A DNA stretch of 64,000 nucleotides from a candidate division WWE3 bacterium. Its GTDB lineage: Bacteria > Patescibacteriota > WWE3 > JAPLWK01. The translations under genes and the position numbers were made by a program. The notes beneath the pieces were generated by a model. That model was given only the letters and a program-made list of their open reading frames with translations, was not told the DNA's origin and ran no database searches. Shown one piece after another: positions 30,288-40,095 of the stretch (positions are counted from its first letter, which is position 1; every line of letters starts with the position of its first letter). Location of the stretch: positions 133,916-197,915 of the forward strand of contig JAPLWK010000010.1 of the NCBI GenBank assembly GCA_026396615.1. Direction: 5' to 3'.

Positions 30288-30315
30288 CTGGATTCCGGGT
30301 CAAGCCCGGAATGAC
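30288..30315 (+). repeat. GC-rich hairpin element, copy 4, ending 12 nt before the rarA ATG
   Basis: CTGGATTCCGGGTCAAGCCCGGAATGAC, identical to the reverse complement of copy 1. Confidence 0.5.
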
Positions 30316-30327
30316 ATACTTAAACAT

Positions 30328-31476
30328 ATGGAACCGCTGGCTTTTAAAATTCGTCCTAAAAATTTAAGTGAGTTTGTAGGTCAATCGCATCTGGTTGGCG
30401 AGGGCAAACCGTTACGCGTTGCCATCGCTAATAAACATTTATTTTCTTTTGTACTTTGGGGTCCTCCGGGGGTGGGGAAGACGACTCTGGCTAAGATTTA
30501 CGCCGGAGAAATGGGGGCCAGTCTTTCGGAGTTGTCGGCCGTCTCGGCCGGTAAAGATGATATTCGTAAAATTATCAAAAGTGACGGTCAGAACAAGCCA
30601 AAAGTGCTTTTTTTGGATGAGATTCACCGTTTTAATAAAGCCCAACAGGACTTTCTGCTTCCCTATGTTGAAAGAGGTGAGTTAACACTCATTGGGGCGA
30701 CTACGGAAAATCCCAGTTTTGAAATTATTCCGGCTTTGCTTTCTCGCTGTCGTGTCTTTGTTCTAAACGAACTTAGTAACGATGAAGTGTCACAGATCAT
30801 TGATCGCACGGAGGTAAAACTTCCGACGGACGCCCGGGACTGGTTAATTGGAATGGCTAATGGTGACGCCAGACAGGCGATTACCATGATTGAAAATACT
30901 CTTAAACTTTACGGATCGATCACAGTCGACAACTTGAAGAACACGCTGCAGTCAAAGTTTTTGCGTTTCGATAAGCAAGGCGAAGAACATTACAACACAA
31001 TCAGCTCATATATTAAGAGTATGAGAGCCTCTAATGTTGATGCAGCCTTATACTACCTGGCTAGAATGGTAGATGCAGGGGAAGATCCTTTGTTTATTGC
31101 CAGACGAATGGTGGTGTTTGCTTCGGAAGACATTGGAATGGCCAATGCCTCTGCACTAGGAGTGGCTAATGCAGTCTTTAGAGCTTGTGAGACCATTGGC
31201 TACCCTGAATGCCAAGAAAACCTCGCCCACGGAACTGTGTATCTAGCCAGGGCTCCCAAGGACAGGTCAGCCTACGAAGCCTATATGAAGGCTCTAGGCG
31301 ATGTTAAGCAGTATGGAAATTTGCCAATACCCCTTAATCTAAGGAATGCACCCACAAAGCTTATGAAAGAGATAGGTTATGGGCAAGGTTATAAACCATA
31401 CACAGATGAAAGTTTGTTGCCTGACACATTAAAGGGCAGAAAGTATTATGAAGATATTAAACCAAGAGATAAATAG
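30328..31476 (+). CDS. rarA: Recombination factor RarA/MgsA (AAA+); 3' end supplied by the integrated element
   Basis: Walker A GPPGVGKTT, Walker B LFLDEIHRF, MgsA C-terminal domain. The nucleotide composition changes at about 31012, where the element-borne 3' end begins. Confidence 0.8.
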   Translation: MEPLAFKIRPKNLSEFVGQSHLVGEGKPLRVAIANKHLFSFVLWGPPGVGKTTLAKIYAGEMGASLSELSAVSAGKDDIRKIIKSDGQNKPKVLFLDEIHRFNKAQQDFLLPYVERGELTLIGATTENPSFEIIPALLSRCRVFVLNELSNDEVSQIIDRTEVKLPTDARDWLIGMANGDARQAITMIENTLKLYGSITVDNLKNTLQSKFLRFDKQGEEHYNTISSYIKSMRASNVDAALYYLARMVDAGEDPLFIARRMVVFASEDIGMANASALGVANAVFRACETIGYPECQENLAHGTVYLARAPKDRSAYEAYMKALGDVKQYGNLPIPLNLRNAPTKLMKEIGYGQGYKPYTDESLLPDTLKGRKYYEDIKPRDK

Positions 31477-32719
31477 CATTAGTTTTGATGATGTAGTAGC
31501 CAGTTGTCAGGAAAAACAGCCTGAGGGGATAGAACTGGACTACAAGAAAGATTTTCCAGATAAAGACTTATCAAGGCTTATTGCAGCCTTTTCTAACACC
31601 CGTGGTGGTTTAATTATCATTGGTGTTACTGAAGATAAGCAAACTGGTTTTCCATCATCTTGGGATGGTATATCCGATGACGCTGGGCTTATTGAGAAAA
31701 CTAACCAACTTGCCTTAGCTGTATCACCACTTCCAGATTTTAAGGTTAGGAAAACAGACGAAAAGAATGGTAAAGTTTTCATCCTTATTAAGGTTTACGA
31801 GGGGGATGCCACGCCGTACTTTGTTAAGAATGACTCGAATGTGTGGACGAGAACAGGAAATATCAGAAATCTTGTGGATATAGCGTCTCCTGAATGGCTT
31901 GATTTGCTTTATAGAAAGAGAGATAGGTCTGAGAAAGCCAGAAGGAATTACATTACTATTGCAGATGAGGTTTTTAAGCACGGACTAGCACTAGAGGAAA
32001 AGCTAAGAATTCGCCTGGTCGAAGAGGCTAAACTAAAAGGCGATGGTAGCGAAAATAACTATTATCTGAAGAAGCTAGGCACAGATACGGAGATTTTTAC
32101 AATTACAATACTTCCTAATTATCCTAGAAGTGCCAAAGTGACACCCAGGGACATATTAGAGAATGCAAACATATTTCGTTGTACTACTGATTTCACTGAG
32201 TTTCCTAAACAAAACCTAAGACCAATCCCTGATGGTGTTATGGCAACCAGCCACTCATTTCGTGGAGATATCGGATGTAATCAGATATATGCCACCGGAC
32301 TTTTGTACAACTGCTTTGATGTGTTGGCACAAAATAGAGAAACAGGAAAGTCAGTGATTTATATTTCGCACATTATTGGAGGGTTATTTACTACTCTAAA
32401 ATCTGCCAAGCTTTTTTACAACTACATTGGGTACCAAGGCGTATTAAAGATAAATTTAACTCTTAATCTAAATTCGAAGGACGTCAATTTCTATCGTCTT
32501 ACAGGGAACGATCCATTCCATTGGAATGCGGAGGAGCAAGCTTTGCTACCAAACTATACTTGGGAATTTACCTTAAATACAGCTGAATTAAATGATATTA
32601 ACGAGGCTTTTGGTAAGTTTTTCGAGATGGTGGATGAAATTCACTGGAACCTAGGATTTAAGACTGTTTCTGTTGAATTAGTTAAAGACTTTATGAAGAA
32701 AAATAGGTTAGTATTTTAA
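31448..32719 (+). CDS. AlbA_2/Schlafen-like putative DNA-binding domain protein
   Basis: The N-terminal …ELDYKKDFPD…LSRLIAAFSNTRGGLIIIGVTED…YEGDATPYFV…RTGN… pattern fits AlbA_2. The C-terminal ~250 aa are unknown. Confidence 0.5.
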   Translation: MKILNQEINSISFDDVVASCQEKQPEGIELDYKKDFPDKDLSRLIAAFSNTRGGLIIIGVTEDKQTGFPSSWDGISDDAGLIEKTNQLALAVSPLPDFKVRKTDEKNGKVFILIKVYEGDATPYFVKNDSNVWTRTGNIRNLVDIASPEWLDLLYRKRDRSEKARRNYITIADEVFKHGLALEEKLRIRLVEEAKLKGDGSENNYYLKKLGTDTEIFTITILPNYPRSAKVTPRDILENANIFRCTTDFTEFPKQNLRPIPDGVMATSHSFRGDIGCNQIYATGLLYNCFDVLAQNRETGKSVIYISHIIGGLFTTLKSAKLFYNYIGYQGVLKINLTLNLNSKDVNFYRLTGNDPFHWNAEEQALLPNYTWEFTLNTAELNDINEAFGKFFEMVDEIHWNLGFKTVSVELVKDFMKKNRLVF

Positions 32720-32802
32720 TCTTCCTTGCATAAATCCCTAGCCTTTAGGTTATAAATAAAACGACAAGGAGAAGCTACAAGCTTTTTATCTGTTAGTAGG
32801 AC

Positions 32803-33258
32803 TTAGGTCTTAGGAGAGTTTCGCCAATCAGCGATTAATTTCAACAGGAAGTTGCCTATTATAGGTGCTAATTCTTTTGTCTCGTCATAAGTTGGCTCTT
32901 CTTGCTTTAGGTTCCAAAGTACCCATAAACCTATTGTAGTGGCTACCATTTCCTCTTTCCCTTTATTCTTGTTCGTAAAAGAAATGAAGTCGTCAATTGC
33001 TCTAGGAATGTCTTTGTTAATTTCTGATGCTCTGCCTAGTACTTTTTCGTGCTCTCCTTTGTAGGTTTCGTCAGAAGTTAAAACAAGTCCTGAACCAGCT
33101 GCTGTCATAAAGAAATCCCAGTCATCAGCAGGACGTTTGCTTTTACTTTTATTTAGAATGTCCTTCAATATTGGGTATTTATCTATTAAAGGAACCAACA
33201 ACGTAATTGAGGAGACATGGATTGCGTCAACAATAGATACTATTTCTTCACCTGACAT
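32803..33258 (-). CDS. Hypothetical protein (element cargo)
   Basis: 151 aa, no recognisable domain. Confidence 0.35.
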   Translation of the reverse strand: MSGEEIVSIVDAIHVSSITLLVPLIDKYPILKDILNKSKSKRPADDWDFFMTAAGSGLVLTSDETYKGEHEKVLGRASEINKDIPRAIDDFISFTNKNKGKEEMVATTIGLWVLWNLKQEEPTYDETKELAPIIGNFLLKLIADWRNSPKT

Positions 33259-33412
33259 ACTAAAATGATACTTTTCTTAGTTAAACTTGTAAACCCTTAA
33301 CTTTAGAAGGTTATCAGTTGGGGGGGAGCTTTACTGTTATGTTTGGGACCCGAGTCCCAAACTTACCACCTGCTAGTGTTAAATCTGGCAAATAGACATG
33401 CTGGTTTACCCT

Positions 33413-33631
33413 TTACAGGGTGGAGAAGAACTCAGATAAAGTCACACCCAAACCTTTGGACACTTTTTCTATATTTTTCAAGGAAATGTTTTTCTCACCA
33501 CGTTCTACTGCTCCTATGTAGGTGTAGTGCAAGTGTGATCTATCCGCTAAACCCTCTTGTGTTAAGCCTTTTAGCTTCCTAAGTTGCTTAATTCTATTTC
33601 CAAATCTGTCTAGTATTTTACTTACAGGCAT
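33413..33631 (-). CDS. XRE-family HTH transcriptional regulator (Cro/CI-like)
   Basis: 72 aa. HTH …LKGLTQEGLADRSHLHYTYIGAVERGEKNISLKNIEKVSKGL… Divergent from the next gene across an AT-rich switch region. Confidence 0.7.
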   Translation of the reverse strand: MPVSKILDRFGNRIKQLRKLKGLTQEGLADRSHLHYTYIGAVERGEKNISLKNIEKVSKGLGVTLSEFFSTL

Positions 33632-33751
33632 ATAAAAATGATTGCTATTACAATTAAAGGTTATTTGGATAATGCCAATGTATCCAGAGTCGAAGAATAG
33701 TAATTATGTTATAATGTGGTTATAGGTAAGCATTTCGTAGTTTAGATACAT

Positions 33752-34837
33752 ATGAAACTTGTTGAGAGGTTAAAAACTGATAGAAAGTTTTTACTGGCTG
33801 TTATCTGTGTCTTTTTAGCAATCTTACTTATCCCCTATTTAACGCTACCCTGTTTAGTTATCTGGTGGTTTTATAAGAAATCAAAAATATCAAAAAGAAC
33901 AAAGATCATTACTACAGCTGGTTTTGGCTGTATTTTCGCACTACTGGGGGCCTGGATGTCTATATCCTACTCAAAGGATGCAGAACCTCACCTACAATTA
34001 TTAAGCCCTGCCTTAATTTCTACTGTTCAAGCAGACAAAGTTGTTATTAAGGGTACTTACGAGCCAGCTGATAGGAAGATTTGGATAAACGACACTGAAG
34101 TAACAGCATCTAATGGGAGCTTTGAATATACCTATCCCCTAAAAATGGGAGAAAACAAGGTTGAAGTTAAAGCTGGTGATTGGAAAAGAGCCTCAGTTAG
34201 TCTAGTAATTACCAGAGAGATTTCAGCCGAGGAAAAAACACGACAGGAGGCAACTAATAGAAAAGTGACAGAAGAAGCTACAAAGTCCACTGTTGCACCA
34301 ACACCAAAACCTACGCCATCAGCGAGTCCCACTGTTGCCACACCCAAAGCAAGTCCAGAGCCTACAAAAACACTCACCCCAGTAGTAACTCATTCTTCCA
34401 TTATGGATCAGCTTTGGACTGCACTTGATGATTCTATTAAAACCAGAAAAGGCTACGATATTCAGTATGAAGATATAGATAAAAGGGTCACAGTTACTCA
34501 AACAGGCAGTACTTTTTGGGATGAAACAGGTACTGTGCGGGGTGGTTACTCAACCTTAGTTGCATATGGATCTAAAGCCTTCAAAATATCTGGGGTTGAT
34601 GTCGTAAAGGTAGTTATTAGGGGTGAATTCACTGATACTTATGGGAAAGATAGTACAGAGGATGCTATGCGTATATCTATGGCAAAAACAGAGTTTGATA
34701 AATATGATTGGGGCAATCTAATATACCAGCCTATTTATACGCAAATGGAGAACTCCACAATTGAGTATTACATTCATCCTGCAATTTTGAAAAATGTTAA
34801 GTTAAAAGACCTTTATCTTTCGCCTTTAGTCTCCTAA
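33752..34837 (+). CDS. Membrane-anchored protein with Pro/Thr-rich linker
   Basis: Two N-terminal TM helices, a Big-like segment, and a PTPKPTPSASPTVATPKASPEPT linker. Confidence 0.4.
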   Translation: MKLVERLKTDRKFLLAVICVFLAILLIPYLTLPCLVIWWFYKKSKISKRTKIITTAGFGCIFALLGAWMSISYSKDAEPHLQLLSPALISTVQADKVVIKGTYEPADRKIWINDTEVTASNGSFEYTYPLKMGENKVEVKAGDWKRASVSLVITREISAEEKTRQEATNRKVTEEATKSTVAPTPKPTPSASPTVATPKASPEPTKTLTPVVTHSSIMDQLWTALDDSIKTRKGYDIQYEDIDKRVTVTQTGSTFWDETGTVRGGYSTLVAYGSKAFKISGVDVVKVVIRGEFTDTYGKDSTEDAMRISMAKTEFDKYDWGNLIYQPIYTQMENSTIEYYIHPAILKNVKLKDLYLSPLVS

Positions 34838-34978
34838 ACAGCACTTTTCGTGGGAAGCATTAGCATTAGCCTAGAGGTAATAGGCCCATTGTTGGGAACA
34901 AAGAGTTAAGAAAGCACAACGTAGAAATAAAAACTTTAAATGATGAAATAACAAAGAAAAAAAAGAGGTGATAATTAA

Positions 34979-35602
34979 ATGAAAAAATTACTAAAATGGG
35001 GTGTAATTGCAATAGGGGGATTTTTTGTACTGTGCTTAATTGTTGGTTTAACTACAGGAGACAAGAAGGGTGCCAGTACTAATAACGCCCTTCAAAAGGG
35101 AATGGAACAAGCCAAACAAACCCTTGAGAGCAGTGAAACTCCAGTGCAAGAAACTAGTCAAGCAAAGCAAGTCGCTAATACTAGTGGTACTGTGGCACAA
35201 CAAATAGAAGCAAAAGTGCGAGCATCCATATCAGGTAGTAATAAATTCAAGGACGTTCAAGTAACAGATTTCACTAAACTTGGTGAGGGTTACAACGTGT
35301 TTGTAACAATCAACGTTGACGATAACTTAACAACTGGCTTCATTTCCAAAGGGATTTGGCAAGATATGTCTAATATTTATACAGCTTTGTATAAAGTGCC
35401 AATGAACATAGATACAGTCATAATTTTTGCTGATATGAACACTGTTGATAAATATGGGAAAACGAATAACGAAACTGTGATGAAAACTAGATTGACTAAA
35501 GCTGAGGCGCAAAAAGTGAATTGGAATTATGCTCCCAAATCAACACTTGATTTGCAAATATTACCCAATGTTTGGGAAACTGTTCTTGACATGTTTAAGT
35601 AA
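34979..35602 (+). CDS. Secreted protein
   Basis: Signal/TM segment MKKLLKWGVIAIGGFFVLCLIVGL. Preceded by AAGAGGTG. Confidence 0.4.
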   Translation: MKKLLKWGVIAIGGFFVLCLIVGLTTGDKKGASTNNALQKGMEQAKQTLESSETPVQETSQAKQVANTSGTVAQQIEAKVRASISGSNKFKDVQVTDFTKLGEGYNVFVTINVDDNLTTGFISKGIWQDMSNIYTALYKVPMNIDTVIIFADMNTVDKYGKTNNETVMKTRLTKAEAQKVNWNYAPKSTLDLQILPNVWETVLDMFK

Positions 35603-35914
35603 GCTAATCCACTAACAAAAGCCTCCTGAATAAGGGGGCTTTTCTGTTGTCTAAGTAGTTCAGTAGGCGCTGGTTAGGTATAAGAAACTGTAGTTAGTTA
35701 TAAATTCATCACTTAATAACAAAAACGAATCTCTACGAGTGCTACAGAGGCTTCTAGGCATAGTCTAGTAGTTCAAATTTCTAAAAATAGCAGGGGTATA
35801 TCGCCTAGAGGATCCTTAGGGCAAAGTGTAGAGAAATGCTGTAACGACAACTAATTGTGTACATAGGGAATGATACAAATTATAATCAAATAATTATAAA
35901 TATTGTAAATTAGT

Positions 35915-36295
35915 ATGAATTCGATAAGCACGATAGGACACTCTAACTATAGTCTTACGTTTTTCGTTGAAGCGCTTGTAAAATACGATATTGAGGTGCT
36001 TATAGACGTACGTTCTATTCCTTACTCCAAAAGAAACCCTCAGTTTAATCGAGAGAGTTTGGCTGCAGTGCTTCCCAATCATAAAATTACATATCTCTTT
36101 AGAGGCCACAATTTAGGTGGACTATATGAGAACGTTAATTTTATTGAAACAATTGATGAATTGCTTAAACTTTCCGAAGACAGAAAGGTTGTTCTGATGT
36201 GCAGTGAAGGCGACTACCACAAGTGCCACAGGTACCTGATTTTAACTCCAGCACTAGAAGCCAAAGGAGTAAAAGTCAAACACATTACACCGTAA
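35915..36295 (+). CDS. DUF488-family protein
   Basis: …ISTIGHSNYS…LIDVRSIPYSKRNPQFNRESL…GHNLGG… matches the DUF488 signature. Confidence 0.5.
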   Translation: MNSISTIGHSNYSLTFFVEALVKYDIEVLIDVRSIPYSKRNPQFNRESLAAVLPNHKITYLFRGHNLGGLYENVNFIETIDELLKLSEDRKVVLMCSEGDYHKCHRYLILTPALEAKGVKVKHITP

Positions 36296-36332
36296 GAATA
36301 AGTAAGTATAATTAAGACATTAAAAATGCATT

Positions 36333-37226
36333 ATGAAAAAGATAATTCCAGTTCTTGAGGATTCGAAGCCAAAGAGTTTTGGCAATAACAATGACCCTTA
36401 CACTTTCTTGGCAGAGTTTTGCGAATTAAATACAGAAAGTTGGCAGAAGATTGAGAATTTCTCAAAAAGATGGGATGTTTATATTGACGTAGTTGCTAAA
36501 TATACCCCAAAACAACGTGATATTAAAGAAAGATTCTCACAGGCTAAGGAAAAATATGAGTCGTTAATCAATAAGGTTAGAGGTTTAGACTATACGTATG
36601 CCAACTATTCAGAGTTGGAAGAACTAAATAAAGATTTATCAGAAATTAAAGTTGCTGTTATATCAGAAAATCCTGGATTTGGTAAATTGTTTAACTACCT
36701 GCCAGTCTTTTGTAACTCGGACACTCTCGAAACCCGTTTTACCAGTATAGAAATTCTAGGACACCCTGAAATATCTCCTAAGGCTGCCAAAATAAAAATT
36801 CTAATTGAACCTACAAATCAAAGGAATTGGGTGCCCATACGAAAAAAACTAGACAGCAAACTCGTTAAGGATATATTGACACAAATAAATTATCCACTAG
36901 ACGAAAAGTTTTTGCATCAGTGGGTAGTTGCGTCTACGAAATTGATTGGCCCTCGCATTCGCTACGAAGCTACTCTTAAACTAGGAGAGCCGAGTGAACT
37001 TCTTGTATACGCACCAAATACTCTTAGAGGAATGCATACATCAGGATGTGGCATCGAAAGTATAGTTGCTCAAAATATATGGCGTGTTTTATTTGGTAAA
37101 AACGACAAAATAAGATTATGCCGAGTTTGTGGTAGACCTGCGTCCCGACCTAACAGTAAAACCTGCAAACAAGCTATCTGTAGGAATAGGTTCAGGAGTT
37201 TAAGAAATAGGAAAATTTACGTGTAG
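36333..37226 (+). CDS. Hypothetical protein with basic Cys-rich C-terminus
   Basis: Ends in …LCRVCGRPASRPNSKTCKQAICRNRFRSLRNRK (zinc-ribbon-like). Confidence 0.4.
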   Translation: MKKIIPVLEDSKPKSFGNNNDPYTFLAEFCELNTESWQKIENFSKRWDVYIDVVAKYTPKQRDIKERFSQAKEKYESLINKVRGLDYTYANYSELEELNKDLSEIKVAVISENPGFGKLFNYLPVFCNSDTLETRFTSIEILGHPEISPKAAKIKILIEPTNQRNWVPIRKKLDSKLVKDILTQINYPLDEKFLHQWVVASTKLIGPRIRYEATLKLGEPSELLVYAPNTLRGMHTSGCGIESIVAQNIWRVLFGKNDKIRLCRVCGRPASRPNSKTCKQAICRNRFRSLRNRKIYV

Positions 37227-37280
37227 GGTTTCGTGACAGATTTTCGTATTCAAAAATTGATTTCGTAAGATGTTTGCATA

Positions 37281-37604
37281 ATGAAAGATGCAAACAGATT
37301 TACAACAAAAGACCTCCATCTCTCCGCATTTTTAGTCGTATCCTTTTTAAAAGTTATAGAGATTGTCCCCGATAATTTATCGGGTGAGTCTTGGTTTATA
37401 TTTGAAGATTGCGATAAATGCAACGCTTTGGAGAAGAACTACTGGAGTCAGATAGCACAAGTTGAGCCAATCGCATACATAAATGCAATTAAGACATTAA
37501 AGCAACGGATACTGCGTTACAACGCTAGTCCGAGCATTCGGGGGGGTCTGAGGAAACGAACGACGACGGGGCAACGGCGAAGCAAACTGGGAATTAATTT
37601 ATAA
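37281..37604 (+). CDS. Hypothetical protein
   Basis: 107 aa with an Arg-rich tail. Weak coding call. Confidence 0.3.
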   Translation: MKDANRFTTKDLHLSAFLVVSFLKVIEIVPDNLSGESWFIFEDCDKCNALEKNYWSQIAQVEPIAYINAIKTLKQRILRYNASPSIRGGLRKRTTTGQRRSKLGINL

Positions 37605-38203
37605 CAAAAATAAGTGGAACGAGGGGTGTAGGTTAAAAGCTCTTAACCCTCGAAACCCTGCGGAGGCTAAGGCATCCTCAGGAGAGATAGAGCGAAGGGT
37701 ACGCAGAGGTAAAAACTGATAAACGTATCCACTGAAAATCCCTTGGGGGGTTTGGGGGGCCAATGAGAAAATACGATCGCCTCAGGAGGCTCAGCTCGCT
37801 CTGGGAATAAATATATGACTTCATTTAATAAATTTTTAACTATGGAGGTTACGAAAATATCAATTGGTAAAGATAAGCTTATTTATTTTACAGTTAAGCA
37901 CCCCGTGTCAACAAACTGGCCAAGCTTTACTTTCAAATGGCAGGATATCGAGAAGAATGAGCAACTTAAAAACATTTTTGACTCACTAATAAAATATGAA
38001 ATCTAAAATGAAAAAGAATATCAAAATTGTAGTTTCATCGAATCTAAACAATCTGACGCCAAGGCAGAAAAGTAATGCGCGTAAAGCAGTTGGTATTTTT
38101 ATGTCAAAAGTGTTAAATAACGTTGCTGTGACAACATAAACCCTTGCATTAGGGGGTAAAAAAGTTAGAATAAAAGTATACAAAACAAAAACCAGAGACA
38201 CCC

Positions 38204-39949
38204 TTGCGAGATGAAGCTCTGGTTTTGAACACGGTAAGTGTTATGAATTATTGTACTACACCAAACCCTATTTCTAAAGATTTTGTAGAAGTGATTTCGG
38301 AGTTAGAGTCTTCACGCTTAAATGACCCCCTATTTCTAGAAAGCCTTAGCCAACCCTACTCATTGAGAGTTGCTATTTACTTAAGGGTATCCACAAAAGA
38401 CCAGGCTACAGAAGATAAAGTATCCCTAGATATTCAGGAGTCTGAATGTAATTCATATCTTAAACAATTTAGTAGTTACGTAATTGCGGGAACGTACTGC
38501 GATGGTGGAAAAAGTGGTGGGACTATGGTGGGCAGGGATGAGTTTAACAAAATGATAGCTGACGCTAAAGCGGGAAATATAGATGTTCTGCTCGCTTGGA
38601 GTACCGACAGGTTAGCAAGAAATGTAGATGAAATGACGCAACTTAGGGCAGAACTAAGAAAAATAAACGTTCAGGTTACGACTACCAAAGAGCCTGCCGA
38701 AATTATTGACCCCCGCAAACTTACGTTGGAAGGCAATGAAACAATGCAAAAAATACTAGCTTACGTTCAAGATTGGAGTGCTGAGTGTGATAAACGAAAA
38801 ATATCGGAGAGGTTTAGGATTGGGAAAATCGGAAAGGCCGAAAAAGGATTGATACCAGTCAAAACACCTTACGGGTTTAGAAAGTCAGTCAAATACATAA
38901 ATAACGACCCGAAGCAGAAAATTGAGGAAGATGTAACGGTACCAGATGAGATTTGTGTGGTGAAAGATATTTTTAACTATTACGACACCAACTCGTGGGG
39001 AATACGAAAAATTGTTGATGAACTTAATCTTAAAGGCATTAAATCACCAAAAGGAGGAATCTGGTGTTATTCTAGCGTTAAATACACTCTGCAAAATCCT
39101 ACTTACTGTGGGTTGGTTAGGTACGGCTGGCGACTAAGTAAGAGCAAAATTAGTAGAGCAAGGTTACAACAGGGCCATAAAGGAATTATTGTTAAAGGAA
39201 AGCACCAAGCTGTCATTAACCCCGAGCAGTTTAAGCGAGTGCAAGATAAACTTAAACGCAGAGCAGAACTAGGAGGTAAAGCCGTACACTCCAAAGGTTT
39301 ATTAACTGGGATCCTTAAATGTGGCAGGTGTGGTGGAAGTGCCTATTTATGCAGTTATCACCATTGGCTAGCGTACGAAAAAAATAAGAAGGACAGAACC
39401 AAGTACACGAAAGGTTCTGCCTATATGTGTGGCAATTATTCCCAGCACGGAAAGACAGTCTGCAGCCAAAGGTATATATTATCTCAAGGTAAAATTGAAG
39501 AAGCAGTAGTTAAGCAAATACGCGAGTTAGCCAACAGTAAGGAAACGCAAGAGGAGTTTATTAAGCAAATGAAGAAAAATAGGGTTAAAGATATTAAGCA
39601 GGAACTGGTAATGCTAAACAAAACGAAGGAGGATTTACTAATACGTAAGGATAGACTAAAGGCTGCGTATTTGGCTGGCACAATTCAACTAGAAGAGTAC
39701 GAACAAGATAGGAGGAAGCTGGAAGAAAGAATTAAAAATCTGGAAAACAAGTGTGCAGAAACTCAGGAGGAGCTTTTAAGGGAGGCGGACGCCGAAAGAC
39801 ACTCTAGGGACGCCATTTTAGCTCTTGCCAATTTTGACGAGATCTGGGAAAAGTCCGAATTTATGCACAAAAAAGAGCTCCTGCAGACTCTCCTCGAAAA
39901 GGTAACTATCGTAGGTGGTGTGGTGAACATCAGTTTCAGAAATTGTTAA
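38204..39949 (+). CDS. Large serine recombinase (integrase)
   Basis: Resolvase catalytic domain (…AIYLRVSTKDQ…LLAWSTDRLARN…), recombinase domain, zinc ribbon (CGRCGG…C…C) and C-terminal coiled-coil. 581 aa. Confidence 0.8.
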   Translation: MRDEALVLNTVSVMNYCTTPNPISKDFVEVISELESSRLNDPLFLESLSQPYSLRVAIYLRVSTKDQATEDKVSLDIQESECNSYLKQFSSYVIAGTYCDGGKSGGTMVGRDEFNKMIADAKAGNIDVLLAWSTDRLARNVDEMTQLRAELRKINVQVTTTKEPAEIIDPRKLTLEGNETMQKILAYVQDWSAECDKRKISERFRIGKIGKAEKGLIPVKTPYGFRKSVKYINNDPKQKIEEDVTVPDEICVVKDIFNYYDTNSWGIRKIVDELNLKGIKSPKGGIWCYSSVKYTLQNPTYCGLVRYGWRLSKSKISRARLQQGHKGIIVKGKHQAVINPEQFKRVQDKLKRRAELGGKAVHSKGLLTGILKCGRCGGSAYLCSYHHWLAYEKNKKDRTKYTKGSAYMCGNYSQHGKTVCSQRYILSQGKIEEAVVKQIRELANSKETQEEFIKQMKKNRVKDIKQELVMLNKTKEDLLIRKDRLKAAYLAGTIQLEEYEQDRRKLEERIKNLENKCAETQEELLREADAERHSRDAILALANFDEIWEKSEFMHKKELLQTLLEKVTIVGGVVNISFRNC

Positions 39950-40095
39950 AAAATATAGCAGACTAGAGGCTTATTAATTTATCTTCTTAAATCCCAATAT
40001 AAGCATATAAATAACCTTCAAACAGTAGTCAATTTAGCTAGTAGAAAGTCTAATATGAGCAGATACTCAACACCATTAGTGCTTTCATTAAAAGT

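Noticed and set aside
33343-33582. Plus-strand 79-aa ORF opposite the XRE regulator gene
   Set aside because: It is antisense to a clear HTH protein and has no features of its own. The small palindrome at 33340-33362 explains part of it.
37740-37765. G-quadruplex at GGGGGGTTTGGGGGG
   Set aside because: Only two G-runs are close together. An intramolecular G4 needs four.
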